Numbered from the stretch's first letter, positions 17,531-28,180 are shown. The stretch is DNA of 64,000 nt from Candidatus Equadaptatus faecalis (GCA_018065065.1 JAGHTZ010000023.1:2552-66551); one strand, 5' to 3'. The notes: generated by a model from the letters alone, not told the origin. Made by a program: numbers and translations.

Positions 17531-18074
17531 AACATACATACGCATAGGTTTACCTTTATTAACTATAACTATTTGTGCGGCTATATCATGGCGCAATTTG
17601 GAGGGATGTCGTTTTTGGGATATCACCTGTTCCACAATATTGAATATAATCTTTTTAGGTGGTTTTGTGGTATGGTTTACGCATATTAATAATATGTCTG
17701 TGCGTAGAATAGAGTTAATGTGTCAAAATATTGAACACCTTAAAACTAAGTATTTACAGATTCAGGACTTGATGTTAAAGGAAAGTTGCGATAGCAATAT
17801 TAACAGAACAACAACACAAAATGCTGTATACTTATTAAAAAGTGCGTATATATATAAACAATGTCTTTTTGCGTTGATTAGCAAAGAATCAAGTAGTGAT
17901 ATTATTGTACAATATATGGACGATGTTGAGAAACATCATACAGGATTGAGAAATTACATTGACATATATGAGGACATTAAAGATGATAAACGGAGAGAAA
18001 TTAATAACAAAATTGTTAAACATATTGTAAATATAATTAATGATGTTGATTTTATAAAGTTAAATATGTTCTAA
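17484..18074 (+). CDS. Hypothetical membrane protein: 2 predicted TM helices plus a helical C-terminal domain
   Basis: The TM helices are IGLPLLTITICAAISW and ILNIIFLGGFVVWFTHI. The likely start is ATG 17514, which overlaps the end of the DUF4325 gene. The architecture resembles the 15406-16074 product. Confidence 0.5.
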   Translation: MLMISEDIFKMRKIAKTYIRIGLPLLTITICAAISWRNLEGCRFWDITCSTILNIIFLGGFVVWFTHINNMSVRRIELMCQNIEHLKTKYLQIQDLMLKESCDSNINRTTTQNAVYLLKSAYIYKQCLFALISKESSSDIIVQYMDDVEKHHTGLRNYIDIYEDIKDDKRREINNKIVKHIVNIINDVDFIKLNMF

Positions 18075-18101
18075 AATACTTACGCATAATTTTTAAATGA
18101 G

Positions 18102-19184
18102 GTGTTTCAAATGAAATACGCATTAATCGGCTGCGGAAGAATAGCAAGAAATCATATCAAAGCGGCGGTGGAAAACGGACTGGAAATAGCTGCTGTCTGT
18201 GATGTTATTTCGGAGAAGATGGACGCAATTCTGGAAAACGCCGGACTTGATAAAAATTGCGCCAAGCATTATATAGACTATAAGCAGTTGATTGCCGAAA
18301 ACGATATAGAGCTTGCAAGCATTGCAACAGAAAGCGGAATCCATGCTGAAATAGCAATCTACTGCATTGAGCACGGAATAAACCTGATTATAGAAAAACC
18401 GATGGCGATGAACGTGCGCGACGCGGACAAGATTATAGAACTTGCGGAAAAACATCACGTCAAGGTTTCAGCCTGCCATCAGAACCGTTTCAACGTGGCG
18501 ATTCAAAAAACAAGAGCAGCTCTTGAAGCCGGACGCTTCGGAAGGTTGTCGCACGGCGGAATTTACGTCCGCTGGAACCGTGACGGCGGATATTACGACC
18601 AGGCAAAGTGGCGCGGAACATGGGCGCAGGACGGCGGCTGTCTTATGAACCAGTGCATACACGGCATTGATCTGCTTCGCTGGATGTTCGGCGACGAGGT
18701 TGTTTCCGTCTACGGTCAGACGCGTCAGCAGTTCCATGACTATCTTGAAGCGGAAGACATCGGAACAGCGGTTGTTACCTTCAAAAACGGTACAGTTGCC
18801 ACAATAGAGGGAACTGTCAACGTTTATCCGAAAAACCTCGAAGAAACGCTATACATCTTCGGCGAAAAAGGTACTGTAAAAATCGGCGGCACTTCAACGA
18901 ACAACATTGACGTTTGGGACTTTGCCGACGAAACGGAAGCGGACGCAGCCAACAAAGGGCTGAAAGAAGCAACGAGCAACGTGTACGGCAACGGACACAT
19001 CTCGCTCTTTGCGGACGTCATCGACGCCATAAAAAACGACCGCAAGCCTTACGTTGACGCCGTTGCTGGACGCAACGCGCTTGAGGTGGTGCTTGCGATA
19101 TACAAATCGCAGAAAACAGGTCAGCCTGTAAAATTCCCTGTTGATTTTGCAAGCACGGAAATGAAAACGGAGGATTTGAAATAG
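18102..19184 (+). CDS. Gfo/Idh/MocA-family oxidoreductase (WbpB-like UDP-GlcNAcA 3-dehydrogenase)
   Basis: YALIGCGRIARNH Rossmann N-terminus and an EKPMA motif are present. The likely start is ATG 18111. It completes the WbpA/B/D/E/I set. Confidence 0.8.
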   Translation: MFQMKYALIGCGRIARNHIKAAVENGLEIAAVCDVISEKMDAILENAGLDKNCAKHYIDYKQLIAENDIELASIATESGIHAEIAIYCIEHGINLIIEKPMAMNVRDADKIIELAEKHHVKVSACHQNRFNVAIQKTRAALEAGRFGRLSHGGIYVRWNRDGGYYDQAKWRGTWAQDGGCLMNQCIHGIDLLRWMFGDEVVSVYGQTRQQFHDYLEAEDIGTAVVTFKNGTVATIEGTVNVYPKNLEETLYIFGEKGTVKIGGTSTNNIDVWDFADETEADAANKGLKEATSNVYGNGHISLFADVIDAIKNDRKPYVDAVAGRNALEVVLAIYKSQKTGQPVKFPVDFASTEMKTEDLK

Positions 19185-19186
19185 AA

Positions 19187-20299
19187 ATGACTAAGGTCTG
19201 TCACGTTACGTCAGTGCATAATCGGTATGACCCGCGCATTTTCCATAAGGAGTGTACGTCGCTTGCAAATGCAGGATACGATGTCACATTGCTTGTTGCT
19301 GACGGAAAGGCTGACGAAACACGTAACGGAGTAAAGATAACTGCAATAGATTTCAAGCCGAAGAACCGCATTGACAGGATTTTACATTCCGGAGCCAAAC
19401 TTCTTGACAAAGCTTTGGAAATAGACGCGGAAATATATCATCTTCATGACCCTGAATTGTTGCCTCTTGGTAAAAATTTGAAACGGCATGGCAAAAAAGT
19501 AATCTTTGACAGTCATGAGGATGTTGCCGGACAAATTCTTGGAAAAAAATGGATTCCAGCTGCGTTAAGAAAACCGCTGAGTGTAGTCTATTCTGTTTAT
19601 TCCTCAGCACTGATGAAAAATTTTGATGCCCTAATTGGTGTTACGCCGTCATTGGTGGATAAATTGAAGGCAATTAACCCAATGACAGTTATGGTTACTA
19701 ATTACCCGATTATTACAGAGAATATTGCTCAAAAAATATGTAAATGCGAAAAACCGACGTTTGTATTTGCAGGTGGTATATCCGAACAGTGGTGCCATGA
19801 AATGATTTTAAACGCACTGGAAAATATTGATGTAAAATATCTGCTGATGGGATTGGCGGAAGAATCATATCTGCAAAAACTAAAAACATATCCTGCATGG
19901 GACAGGACAGAATATCTTGGAAGTGTACCTCATGAAACTGTTAAAGAAAAGTTGCCTTGTTGTTACGCCGGATTTTCCGTATTGCTTCCTTCAGATAATA
20001 CAGCCGGAAACACCGGAACGCTTGGCAACAATAAACTGTTTGAACAAATGCAGGCAGGACTTCCTGTAATTTGTACAGATTTTGTGTTGTGGAAACAGAT
20101 TATTGATAAATATCATTGCGGCATAACAGTTACGCCAACTAATGTTGAAGAAATTGCGAATGCAATACGCCGGCTTCTTGACCATCCGGAAGAAGCAAAA
20201 CAGATGGGAGAGAACGGGCGCAGGGCTGTAAAGGAAGAATTTAACTGGAATATTGAAGAAAAGAAACTGCTGAAACTGTATGAGGAAATTGCGGGGTAG
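19187..20299 (+). CDS. GT4-family (GT-B fold) glycosyltransferase
   Basis: 370-aa ORF with a C-terminal E-x7-E-like region (NKLFEQMQAGLPVICTD). Confidence 0.75.
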   Translation: MTKVCHVTSVHNRYDPRIFHKECTSLANAGYDVTLLVADGKADETRNGVKITAIDFKPKNRIDRILHSGAKLLDKALEIDAEIYHLHDPELLPLGKNLKRHGKKVIFDSHEDVAGQILGKKWIPAALRKPLSVVYSVYSSALMKNFDALIGVTPSLVDKLKAINPMTVMVTNYPIITENIAQKICKCEKPTFVFAGGISEQWCHEMILNALENIDVKYLLMGLAEESYLQKLKTYPAWDRTEYLGSVPHETVKEKLPCCYAGFSVLLPSDNTAGNTGTLGNNKLFEQMQAGLPVICTDFVLWKQIIDKYHCGITVTPTNVEEIANAIRRLLDHPEEAKQMGENGRRAVKEEFNWNIEEKKLLKLYEEIAG

Positions 20300-20303
20300 A
20301 ATA

Positions 20304-20603
20304 ATGTTTGTTCTTATGGTTTCAAGAGGCTATCCAAGCGAAAAATATTCGCTGCACGGGATTTTTGAATTTGACCAGGCAAAGGCTTTGGCAAAAGTCG
20401 GCTGTAAGGTCATTTTTGCCTGTGTTGATTTGCGTTCGCTTCGCCGTTGGCGCAAATGGGGCTATGAACGGCTGATTAAAGTCGGCGTGGTAATTTATGC
20501 CATAAATATTTCTCTTATTCAGAATACCAAAACTATTGTGTCATTCTTTGGAAAATTTATGGCGCTAATTGTTATACAGAGGGAAAGACATGTTATATCA
20601 TAA
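20304..20603 (+). pseudogene. Truncated N-terminal fragment of a glycosyltransferase
   Basis: MFVLMVSRGYPSEKYSLHGIFEFDQAKALAKVGCKVIFACVDLRSLRRWRKWG looks like a GT N-terminus. It ends after about 100 codons, where the AT-rich wzy block begins. Confidence 0.6.
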
Positions 20604-21963
20604 GTTTACTGATGACACAACTGCATTGAAAATAATACGGCTATTTGCAATAAAATATTTATACGTGTATCTTGCAATAGATATACTAGGTAAGTTGTGG
20701 TATTCGGGAACTTCCGGATATCAGATTGATTTTAATATTCACAAAGAGTATGTCGCGAGTGTAGTATTTTTTGTGTTGTCATGGTTGCATATTAGACTCA
20801 AAAGTCATAATAAGTTTACTGATACTGTTGTGCATATATTATTTTTGTTGTATTTTATCCCACTTAATAGTGCGTTTGCACTTAACAATTTAAGTTGGGA
20901 ATTTTTTGTATATAGTTCAGTTTATTTGTTTTTGGTACAGTTTGTGGTTTGTATACCATTTTATAAGACTGCCTCATATAGTACAGAGCCAGAATTTAAT
21001 TTTGCTGATGCGCAGAGACCAAATAAAAGAAAAAAATTACAACAGTTTTGCGTTTGTATGTGCATAGGATTTGTTTTTATTAAATTTATCTATAACGGTA
21101 TGTCTTTTACAGTATCCTTATCGGATGTATATATCTTAAGAGAAGCGAATCACCAGCGTGTATTAGCGATGGCAGGAGGAATACTGCCATATATGATAAC
21201 GGTGTGGCAAAATACCATAATATATGCGGTTTACTTTGGTATGTATTGTGCGTTGAAATACAAGAAAAAAGTAGCCTTGTTGGTCACGCTGTTATGCGTG
21301 CTTGCGATGTTTTCTATTGATGGCAGCAAGGCTGTCATATTTTTCGTCGTTGTTGTGTATTTTGTGTATTGGTGTGACAGAAATGGTATGTTAAATCGCT
21401 TTGATAAAATGGCAGATATTGGTTTATTGCTTTTTATGGTATTATGCTTGCTTATATATAAAGTGTGTGAAAATTTTTTGCCGTATATATACATTATCCG
21501 TCGAGAAATGTATATGCCTGCGTGGATTAATGGCATGTATTATGATTTTTTCTCAACAAATGCAAAATTATTATGGTCTGACCGCACTTTTTTGCTTCAG
21601 AGGTTAATAACATCTCCGTATAAAGAAAGTATTCTTGACATAATCAGCAGAGAATATTTTCATGGCGCAGTCCGAACTCCAAATACAGGAATGTTTGCTG
21701 ATGCATATATGCAGTGTGGGGTACTGGGTGTATTAATATACCCTATTTTGTATCGTTTGATATTTAAATGGGCAGGAAAAATATTTAAAGAATATGGGAA
21801 CGGAATTGAGGTGCTATTTGGTATTTTTTTAGCTATACAACTGACAAATATCCCATTACTGAATACTGGAATAATTTTAAGTCTCGTTTTTTTTGCATAC
21901 GTTGCGCATATGTTACCTAACGTTGTCGTATGTAAGCATAAAGATAACAAGAAGAAAGGATAG
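20569..21963 (+). CDS. wzy: O-antigen polymerase-like polytopic membrane protein (Wzy-type)
   Basis: More than 10 predicted TM helices, strongly AT-rich, and located between glycosyltransferases and wzx. The likely start is ATG 20590, after the RBS GAGGGAAAG. Confidence 0.6.
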   Translation: MLYRGKDMLYHKFTDDTTALKIIRLFAIKYLYVYLAIDILGKLWYSGTSGYQIDFNIHKEYVASVVFFVLSWLHIRLKSHNKFTDTVVHILFLLYFIPLNSAFALNNLSWEFFVYSSVYLFLVQFVVCIPFYKTASYSTEPEFNFADAQRPNKRKKLQQFCVCMCIGFVFIKFIYNGMSFTVSLSDVYILREANHQRVLAMAGGILPYMITVWQNTIIYAVYFGMYCALKYKKKVALLVTLLCVLAMFSIDGSKAVIFFVVVVYFVYWCDRNGMLNRFDKMADIGLLLFMVLCLLIYKVCENFLPYIYIIRREMYMPAWINGMYYDFFSTNAKLLWSDRTFLLQRLITSPYKESILDIISREYFHGAVRTPNTGMFADAYMQCGVLGVLIYPILYRLIFKWAGKIFKEYGNGIEVLFGIFLAIQLTNIPLLNTGIILSLVFFAYVAHMLPNVVVCKHKDNKKKG

Positions 21964-21972
21964 CAAAAATAC

Positions 21973-23154
21973 ATGAAAGTAGTTCATATAATGCAAGACA
22001 CGGCATTTACCAGAGATATCGTTAGTTTTTATGATGCTTTTTTTGATGTGTACGAACACGGTATTTTGTATTTAACGGAAAAAGGTTCTCCAAGTTTAAT
22101 TGACAGCACTATACATATTGGACAACAGGAGATTTATGTAGAATCTAAGAAGTATATTAAAGTATTTAACCGTTCATTTCGGTTTCCTCCATCGATATAT
22201 TGTGCCACACAGTTGGCAAAACTTATTATTAATCTTGATTGTGATTATATTGTTATGCATTCGTTGTTTTGTCCAAACCTTTTCACACAGTTTTTCCTGT
22301 CGCTAAATAAGGATTTTTTAAGAAAAATGGTATGGATTGCCTGGGGCGGAGATTTGGATACGTGGAAACCTTGCGGAATAAGAAGTATACTGATAAATGC
22401 CTTTAGACGTCTTCGCACGAAATGTAATACTGTTGTCTGTATTTTCCCTCCTGATTGTGACGTGTATAAGACAGCTTTTCCAAATTCACAGGCGCATGTT
22501 TTTTATGCACCGTATTGTGGGGCGGCTATACCTGAAGAGTATAAGTCCTATAGGTCGGTATCACGTTTGGAGCAAACAATTAAAGAAAAAGATTACGTGT
22601 TTGTGCAGATTGGGCATAGCGCAACACCGGAGCTTAAGCATATCGCAGTATTGGAAAAATTATCAAGATATAAGGAAGAAAATATCAAGTTGTTGATACC
22701 CCTTTCTTACGGTGATAAAGACTATGCAGACATGGTGGAAAAGAAAGCAAAAGAAATTTTTGGCAACAAAGCAGTGATACTAAAAGAGTTTATGCCTGCT
22801 CGCGAATATTTCGCTCTCACAAAACGTGTTGACATAGCAATATTTAATACATATCGTCAAATAGGATTAGGAAATATTAACAGGTTGTTGTTTAGAAATG
22901 TCAAAACTTATATGCCGGAAAATAGCGTAATGTATAATTATTTTACAGAAACCGGAGTGCCAGTTCAGAAATTATCGGATTTAGACAATATCAGTTTTGC
23001 GGAATTTTCAAAACCGGTTAAAACAAAGGACGAAGAAGCTTTTATGAAATATATTGATAGTCTTTCTGATAAAGAATTACACGTAAGGCTTTGGCAGAAT
23101 GTGTATGATGATTTACGTAACAGATTGTCCGAAAATAAAAAGATAAAGGAATAA
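21973..23154 (+). CDS. WecF-like GT56 4-alpha-L-fucosyl(Fuc4NAc)transferase family protein
   Basis: It aligns by eye with E. coli WecF blocks: VWIAWGGDL with WHIWGADL, IGHSATPELKHIAVLEKL with VGNSGDRSNEHIAALRAV, LLIPLSYG with VVVPMGYP, and YRQIGLGN with ARQQGIGT. Confidence 0.65.
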   Translation: MKVVHIMQDTAFTRDIVSFYDAFFDVYEHGILYLTEKGSPSLIDSTIHIGQQEIYVESKKYIKVFNRSFRFPPSIYCATQLAKLIINLDCDYIVMHSLFCPNLFTQFFLSLNKDFLRKMVWIAWGGDLDTWKPCGIRSILINAFRRLRTKCNTVVCIFPPDCDVYKTAFPNSQAHVFYAPYCGAAIPEEYKSYRSVSRLEQTIKEKDYVFVQIGHSATPELKHIAVLEKLSRYKEENIKLLIPLSYGDKDYADMVEKKAKEIFGNKAVILKEFMPAREYFALTKRVDIAIFNTYRQIGLGNINRLLFRNVKTYMPENSVMYNYFTETGVPVQKLSDLDNISFAEFSKPVKTKDEEAFMKYIDSLSDKELHVRLWQNVYDDLRNRLSENKKIKE

Positions 23155-23155
23155 A

Positions 23156-24598
23156 ATGCCTTCAATCACCAGCGGTATCTATTGGAAGCTCCTTGAGCGC
23201 TTCGGCGTATCTGCCGGACAGTTTGTTTTGCAGGTTGTTCTTGCAAGGCTTTTGTGCCCTGCGGATTACGGCGCGCTTGCGATTATGATAATTTTCACCG
23301 CGCTGGCAAATATTTTCGTTCAAAGCGGTTTTAATACGGCTCTTATACAGAACAAGGACGTTACTGACGAGGATTATTCCTCAGTGTTTTGGGTTTCGCT
23401 TGGAATAGCCTGTGTACTGTATGGTCTGCTTTTTGCTGTTAGCCCGTTAATTTCTGATTTTTACAATATGCCGTTACTGACACGTCCGTTCAGAATTTTG
23501 GCTTTAATGCTTATACCAGGTGCCTTAAATTCCGTCCAGCTTGCGAAAATCAGCCGTGAGATGGATTTCAAGAAGGTTTTTTACAGCAACGTTGCCGCTG
23601 TTTTTATAAGCGGTGCACTTGGAATTGCAATGGCGTACTGCGGGTTCGGACTGTGGGCGTTGGTTGCGCAGTCCCTTGGTAACGTCGTTGTCGCCTGTAT
23701 AGTTATGTGGTTTACCGTCAAATGGCGGCCTGTGCTTGTCTGCAATTTCCACCGCATACAAATATTGTTTGCTTATGGCTGGAAGCTGCTTGTTTCAGCT
23801 TTGCTTGACACCCTTTATCAAGACTTGCAGGGGCTTGTGATTGGTAAAAAATACAACGCAGAAGCTCTTGCCTATTTCAACAGGGGAAAACAGTTTCCGC
23901 AGTTTCTTATGGGTGCCATAAACGGCGCGATTATGAGCGTTATGCTTCCTGCAATGTCCTTACGTCAGGACGAAAAAAGCGCAGTTAAGGCGCTTACGAG
24001 AAAGTCAATGACCTTCAGCGCGTTTATCATTTTCCCGCTTATGGCAGGGCTTGCCGGAGTTGCGCGTCCGCTTGTTCAGCTTCTGCTTACCGACAAATGG
24101 CTGCCGTGCGTCCCCTATCTGCAAATTTACTGCTTTATATTTGCTTTCTGGCCGGTACATACCTGCAATCTGCAGGCAATAAACGCAGTCGGACGAAGCG
24201 ATTTGTTTTTGAAGCTTGAAATAATCAAGAAAAGCTACGGAATTGTTGCTTTGACTATTGCCGTGTTATTCTTTGACACGCCTATTTACATTGCTTTAAC
24301 CGGAGTGATAACAACTATGATAAGCTGCTTTGTCAATGCGTCACCGAATAAAAAACTCATCGGCTATTCATATTTTGAGCAGGTAAAAGATATTGTTCCG
24401 ATTTTCTCAGCGGCAATGCTGATGTTTTTCTGTGTTCTTGCACTGGGAAAACTGCAATTGAATTTAATTTTTCTGCTGTTTATTCAGACGATTACAGGTA
24501 TAATTACTTATACATTATTTGCAGCGCTGTTCAGAATACCGGCGCTGTTTGAAATGAAAAACATGGCGATGAGGTATATCAGGAGAGATAAAAGATGA
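23156..24598 (+). CDS. wzx: Wzx-type oligosaccharide flippase (MOP superfamily)
   Basis: 480-aa protein with about 12 TM segments and the typical polysaccharide biosynthesis protein N-terminus, WKLLERFGVSAGQFVLQVVLARLL. Confidence 0.8.
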   Translation: MPSITSGIYWKLLERFGVSAGQFVLQVVLARLLCPADYGALAIMIIFTALANIFVQSGFNTALIQNKDVTDEDYSSVFWVSLGIACVLYGLLFAVSPLISDFYNMPLLTRPFRILALMLIPGALNSVQLAKISREMDFKKVFYSNVAAVFISGALGIAMAYCGFGLWALVAQSLGNVVVACIVMWFTVKWRPVLVCNFHRIQILFAYGWKLLVSALLDTLYQDLQGLVIGKKYNAEALAYFNRGKQFPQFLMGAINGAIMSVMLPAMSLRQDEKSAVKALTRKSMTFSAFIIFPLMAGLAGVARPLVQLLLTDKWLPCVPYLQIYCFIFAFWPVHTCNLQAINAVGRSDLFLKLEIIKKSYGIVALTIAVLFFDTPIYIALTGVITTMISCFVNASPNKKLIGYSYFEQVKDIVPIFSAAMLMFFCVLALGKLQLNLIFLLFIQTITGIITYTLFAALFRIPALFEMKNMAMRYIRRDKR

Positions 24599-25170
24599 CA
24601 AATACCAGCTTTTATTCGGAATCGGAGTTGAAAAAATTAGGGCTGAAATGTTATGGCAAAAATGTGCTTATAAGTAGAAAGGCAAGTATTTACGGGGCAG
24701 AAGATATTTCCATCGGCAATGATGTAAGAGTAGATGATTTTTGTATTTTGTCCGGTAAAATCGCGTTAGGAAATAATATACATGTTTCTGCATATTCTGC
24801 TGTTTTTGCTGGTAATGTAGGAATTGAGATAGATGATTTCGTAACGATATCTTCGCGTGTGATGATATATGCGATAAATGATGATTATTCAGGTCTTTGT
24901 CTGACAAATCCCACAATTCCTGCAACATATAGAAATGTAATCAGCGGGAAAGTAATATTCCGAAAGCATGCAATTATAGGCAGCGGCTGTACTGTGTTGC
25001 CGGGGGTAACAATTAGTGAAGGTGTTGCGGTGGGCGCTATGTCGTTGGTTAACAAAAACCTTGATGCTTGGGGCATTTATGCAGGGGTTCCGTGCAGATA
25101 CATAAAACCACGTGAAAAGAAATTACTTGAATTTGAAAAACAGATGAAAGCTGAACGTAACGATGACTAA
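24595..25170 (+). CDS. Hexapeptide-repeat sugar N-acetyltransferase
   Basis: 191-aa LbH repeat protein, translationally coupled to the flanking wzx and aminotransferase genes. Confidence 0.7.
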   Translation: MTNTSFYSESELKKLGLKCYGKNVLISRKASIYGAEDISIGNDVRVDDFCILSGKIALGNNIHVSAYSAVFAGNVGIEIDDFVTISSRVMIYAINDDYSGLCLTNPTIPATYRNVISGKVIFRKHAIIGSGCTVLPGVTISEGVAVGAMSLVNKNLDAWGIYAGVPCRYIKPREKKLLEFEKQMKAERNDD

Positions 25171-26266
25171 AGTCCTTGTTACACGCTCCTCAATGCCTGA
25201 GTTTGAGGAGTATTGCGAAGAGATTAAGAATCTCTGGGACAGCCATTGGCTGACGAATATGGGTGCAGAGCATAAGGCTTTTCAGGCGGAGCTTGAGAAG
25301 TTTTTGGATTGCCCGAATGTTGTGCTTTACACGAACGGACATCTTGCGCTTGAGAATGTTCTTGCCGCGCTGCAGCTGCCGAAAGATGGAGAGGTTATCA
25401 CCACTCCGTTCACGTTTGTTTCCACAACTCACGCCATTGTCCGTAACGGACTGACGCCTGTTTTCTGCGACGTTAATCCTGACGATTACACGATAGACGC
25501 CGGCAAGATTGAAGCGTTGATTACGGACAAAACTGTTGCCATAGTCCCTGTTCACGTTTACGGCAACGTGTGCAACGTTGAGAAAATTCAGGAAATTGCA
25601 GACAGACATAATTTGAAGATCGTTTACGATGCAGCTCATGCGTTTGCGGTGAAATACAAGGGCATATCAACTGCCAATTTCGGAGATGCCTCGATGTTCA
25701 GTTTCCACGCCACAAAAGTTTTCAATACCATTGAGGGCGGTGCTGTGTGCCTGAAGGACACAAAGCTTGTTGAAACGATGAACGATATGAAAAATTTTGG
25801 CATAAGAGGTCCCGAACGCTGTGTGTTTGTCGGCGGCAACGCAAAGATGAACGAGTTTCAGGCGGCTATGGGCATCTGCAATCTCAGGCATTTGGAGCGA
25901 GAGATAGGCAAGAGAAAAGTCGTTGTGGAACGCTACAGGGAAAGACTTTCGGGGGTTGACGGTATAAGGCTTTGCAAGCCGCAGGACGGAGTGCAGCCTA
26001 ATTACGCGTATTTCCCTGCAGTTTTTGACGGGTATAAATATACGCGTGACGAGATTTTTGACAAACTTGCCGCGGAGGATATAGTTGCCAGAAAGTATTT
26101 CTATCCGCTGACGAACGCTTTTGAGTGCTACGCGGAACTTCCGACAGCCGGAGCTGAGAAAACGCCTGTTGCGGCGCACGTTGCGGACAGGGTTTTGACT
26201 TTGCCGCTTTATGCAGATTTGCCGCTTGAAATTGTTGATAAAATCTGCGATATTATTTTGAATTAG
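25163..26266 (+). CDS. DegT-family dTDP-4-amino-4,6-dideoxyhexose aminotransferase (WecE-like)
   Basis: YTNGHLALENVL, YDAAHAF and SFHATKVFNTIEGG are present. Its neighbours are rmlAB and the WecF-like gene. Confidence 0.8.
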   Translation: MTKVLVTRSSMPEFEEYCEEIKNLWDSHWLTNMGAEHKAFQAELEKFLDCPNVVLYTNGHLALENVLAALQLPKDGEVITTPFTFVSTTHAIVRNGLTPVFCDVNPDDYTIDAGKIEALITDKTVAIVPVHVYGNVCNVEKIQEIADRHNLKIVYDAAHAFAVKYKGISTANFGDASMFSFHATKVFNTIEGGAVCLKDTKLVETMNDMKNFGIRGPERCVFVGGNAKMNEFQAAMGICNLRHLEREIGKRKVVVERYRERLSGVDGIRLCKPQDGVQPNYAYFPAVFDGYKYTRDEIFDKLAAEDIVARKYFYPLTNAFECYAELPTAGAEKTPVAAHVADRVLTLPLYADLPLEIVDKICDIILN

Positions 26267-26281
26267 GGGACGTGAGATGAG

Positions 26282-27148
26282 ATGAAGGGTATTATTCTTG
26301 CAGGCGGTAAAGGAACAAGACTTTATCCGATGACGAGGGCTGTATCAAAACAGCTGCTGCCTATTTATGACAAGCCGCTTATTTATTATCCCCTTTCTGT
26401 TCTGATGCTTGCGGGTATTCGCGAAGTGCTTATTATTTCCACCCCTGATGACATTGACGGTTACAAAAAACTGCTTGGCGATGGCACAGAACTTGGAATG
26501 AATTTTGAATATAAAATTCAGGAAACACCGCGCGGCCTTGCAGACGCTTTCATTCTCGGCGAAGAATTTATAGGCGACAACAACGTCTGCCTTATTCTCG
26601 GCGACAATGTCTTTTTCGGTCAGGACATGACTAAGGTGCTTAAACAGGCTATGGAAAACAAAACGGGCGCAACAGTTTTCGGTTATCCTGTTAAAGACCC
26701 TCGCTCGTTCGGCGTTGTGGAATTCGACAAAGACCACAATGTTGTTTCCATTGAAGAAAAACCAAAGGAACCGAAAAGCAATTATGCTGTTCCCGGGCTG
26801 TATTTTTATGACAACAGAGTTATAGAAATCGCAAAGAACGTGAAACCGTCTGCACGCGGTGAAATAGAAATTACGGCTGTCAACAATGCCTATCTTGAAA
26901 TGGGAGAGCTCAAGGTTACGCTTCTTGGCAGGGGTATGGCATGGCTTGATACAGGCACTCCTGAAGGAATGCTGAAGGCTGCGGAATTTGTCGAAGCTGT
27001 TCAGGACAGGCAGGGCTTTTACGTTTCCTGCATAGAGGAAATTGCATGGCGCCGCGGTTTTATTTCAACGGAGCAGCTTGTTAAACTTGGCAGCAAACTA
27101 AAAATGACAGACTACGGCAAATATCTGCTGGCAATAGCGAAAGGATAA
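26282..27148 (+). CDS. rfbA: Glucose-1-phosphate thymidylyltransferase
   Basis: [53 protein letters not shown] is the canonical RmlA sequence. Confidence 0.95.
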   Translation: MKGIILAGGKGTRLYPMTRAVSKQLLPIYDKPLIYYPLSVLMLAGIREVLIISTPDDIDGYKKLLGDGTELGMNFEYKIQETPRGLADAFILGEEFIGDNNVCLILGDNVFFGQDMTKVLKQAMENKTGATVFGYPVKDPRSFGVVEFDKDHNVVSIEEKPKEPKSNYAVPGLYFYDNRVIEIAKNVKPSARGEIEITAVNNAYLEMGELKVTLLGRGMAWLDTGTPEGMLKAAEFVEAVQDRQGFYVSCIEEIAWRRGFISTEQLVKLGSKLKMTDYGKYLLAIAKG

Positions 27149-27152
27149 CAAA

Positions 27153-28172
27153 ATGAAACTTCTCATTACCGGTGGTGCCGGATTTATAGGCAGCAACTTT
27201 ATATTCCATATTCTTGAGAAATACCCCGAATATGACGTCCTCTGCGTGGACAAGCTGACCTACGCGGGCAATCTTTCCACGCTTGCGTCGGTCATGGACA
27301 ATCCCCGTTTCAAATTCTTCAAAACAGACATCTGCGACAGGGCGGCAATATACAAAATATTTGAAGAAGAAAATCCGGATATTGTCGTCAACTTTGCGGC
27401 GGAGTCCCATGTTGACCGCTCAATAGAAAATCCGGGAATATTCCTTGAAACAAACATCATGGGAACGGCAGTTCTCATGGACGCCTGCAGAAAATACGGC
27501 ATAAAACGCTATCATCAGGTATCAACCGACGAAGTGTACGGAGACCTTCCGCTTGACAGACCTGACCTCTTCTTCACCGAAAAAACGCCCATACACACAA
27601 GCTCGCCGTACAGCAGCTCAAAAGCCGCCGCAGACCTGCTTGTACTTGCGTATCACAGAACCTACGGGCTGCCTGTAACAATATCGCGCTGCTCAAACAA
27701 CTACGGACCTTATCATTTCCCCGAAAAACTTATACCGCTTATGATAGCAAACGCTCTGAACGACAAACCGCTGCCTGTCTACGGCAAAGGAGAAAACGTT
27801 CGTGACTGGCTCTACGTTGAAGACCACTGCGAAGCAATAGACCTGATAATACACAAAGGAACAGCCGGCGAAGTTTACAACATCGGCGGACACAACGAAA
27901 TGAAAAACATAGACATAGTGAAACTTATCTGCAAAGAGCTGAACAAACCTGAAACGCTCATAACCTACGTAACTGACAGAAAAGGCCACGACCTCCGCTA
28001 CGCTATAGACCCGGCAAAAATACACAGCGAACTCGGCTGGCTGCCGAAAACAAAATTTACCGACGGCATAAAGAAAACGATACAGTGGTACCTGGACAAC
28101 AAACCGTGGTGGGAAGAGATAATCTCAGGGGAATATCAGAACTACTACGAAAAAATGTACGGGAACAGGTAA
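27153..28172 (+). CDS. rfbB: dTDP-glucose 4,6-dehydratase
   Basis: [13 protein letters not shown], the YSSSKAAAD catalytic motif and the family C-terminus are present. Confidence 0.95.
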   Translation: MKLLITGGAGFIGSNFIFHILEKYPEYDVLCVDKLTYAGNLSTLASVMDNPRFKFFKTDICDRAAIYKIFEEENPDIVVNFAAESHVDRSIENPGIFLETNIMGTAVLMDACRKYGIKRYHQVSTDEVYGDLPLDRPDLFFTEKTPIHTSSPYSSSKAAADLLVLAYHRTYGLPVTISRCSNNYGPYHFPEKLIPLMIANALNDKPLPVYGKGENVRDWLYVEDHCEAIDLIIHKGTAGEVYNIGGHNEMKNIDIVKLICKELNKPETLITYVTDRKGHDLRYAIDPAKIHSELGWLPKTKFTDGIKKTIQWYLDNKPWWEEIISGEYQNYYEKMYGNR

Positions 28173-28180
28173 TTTTGTCC

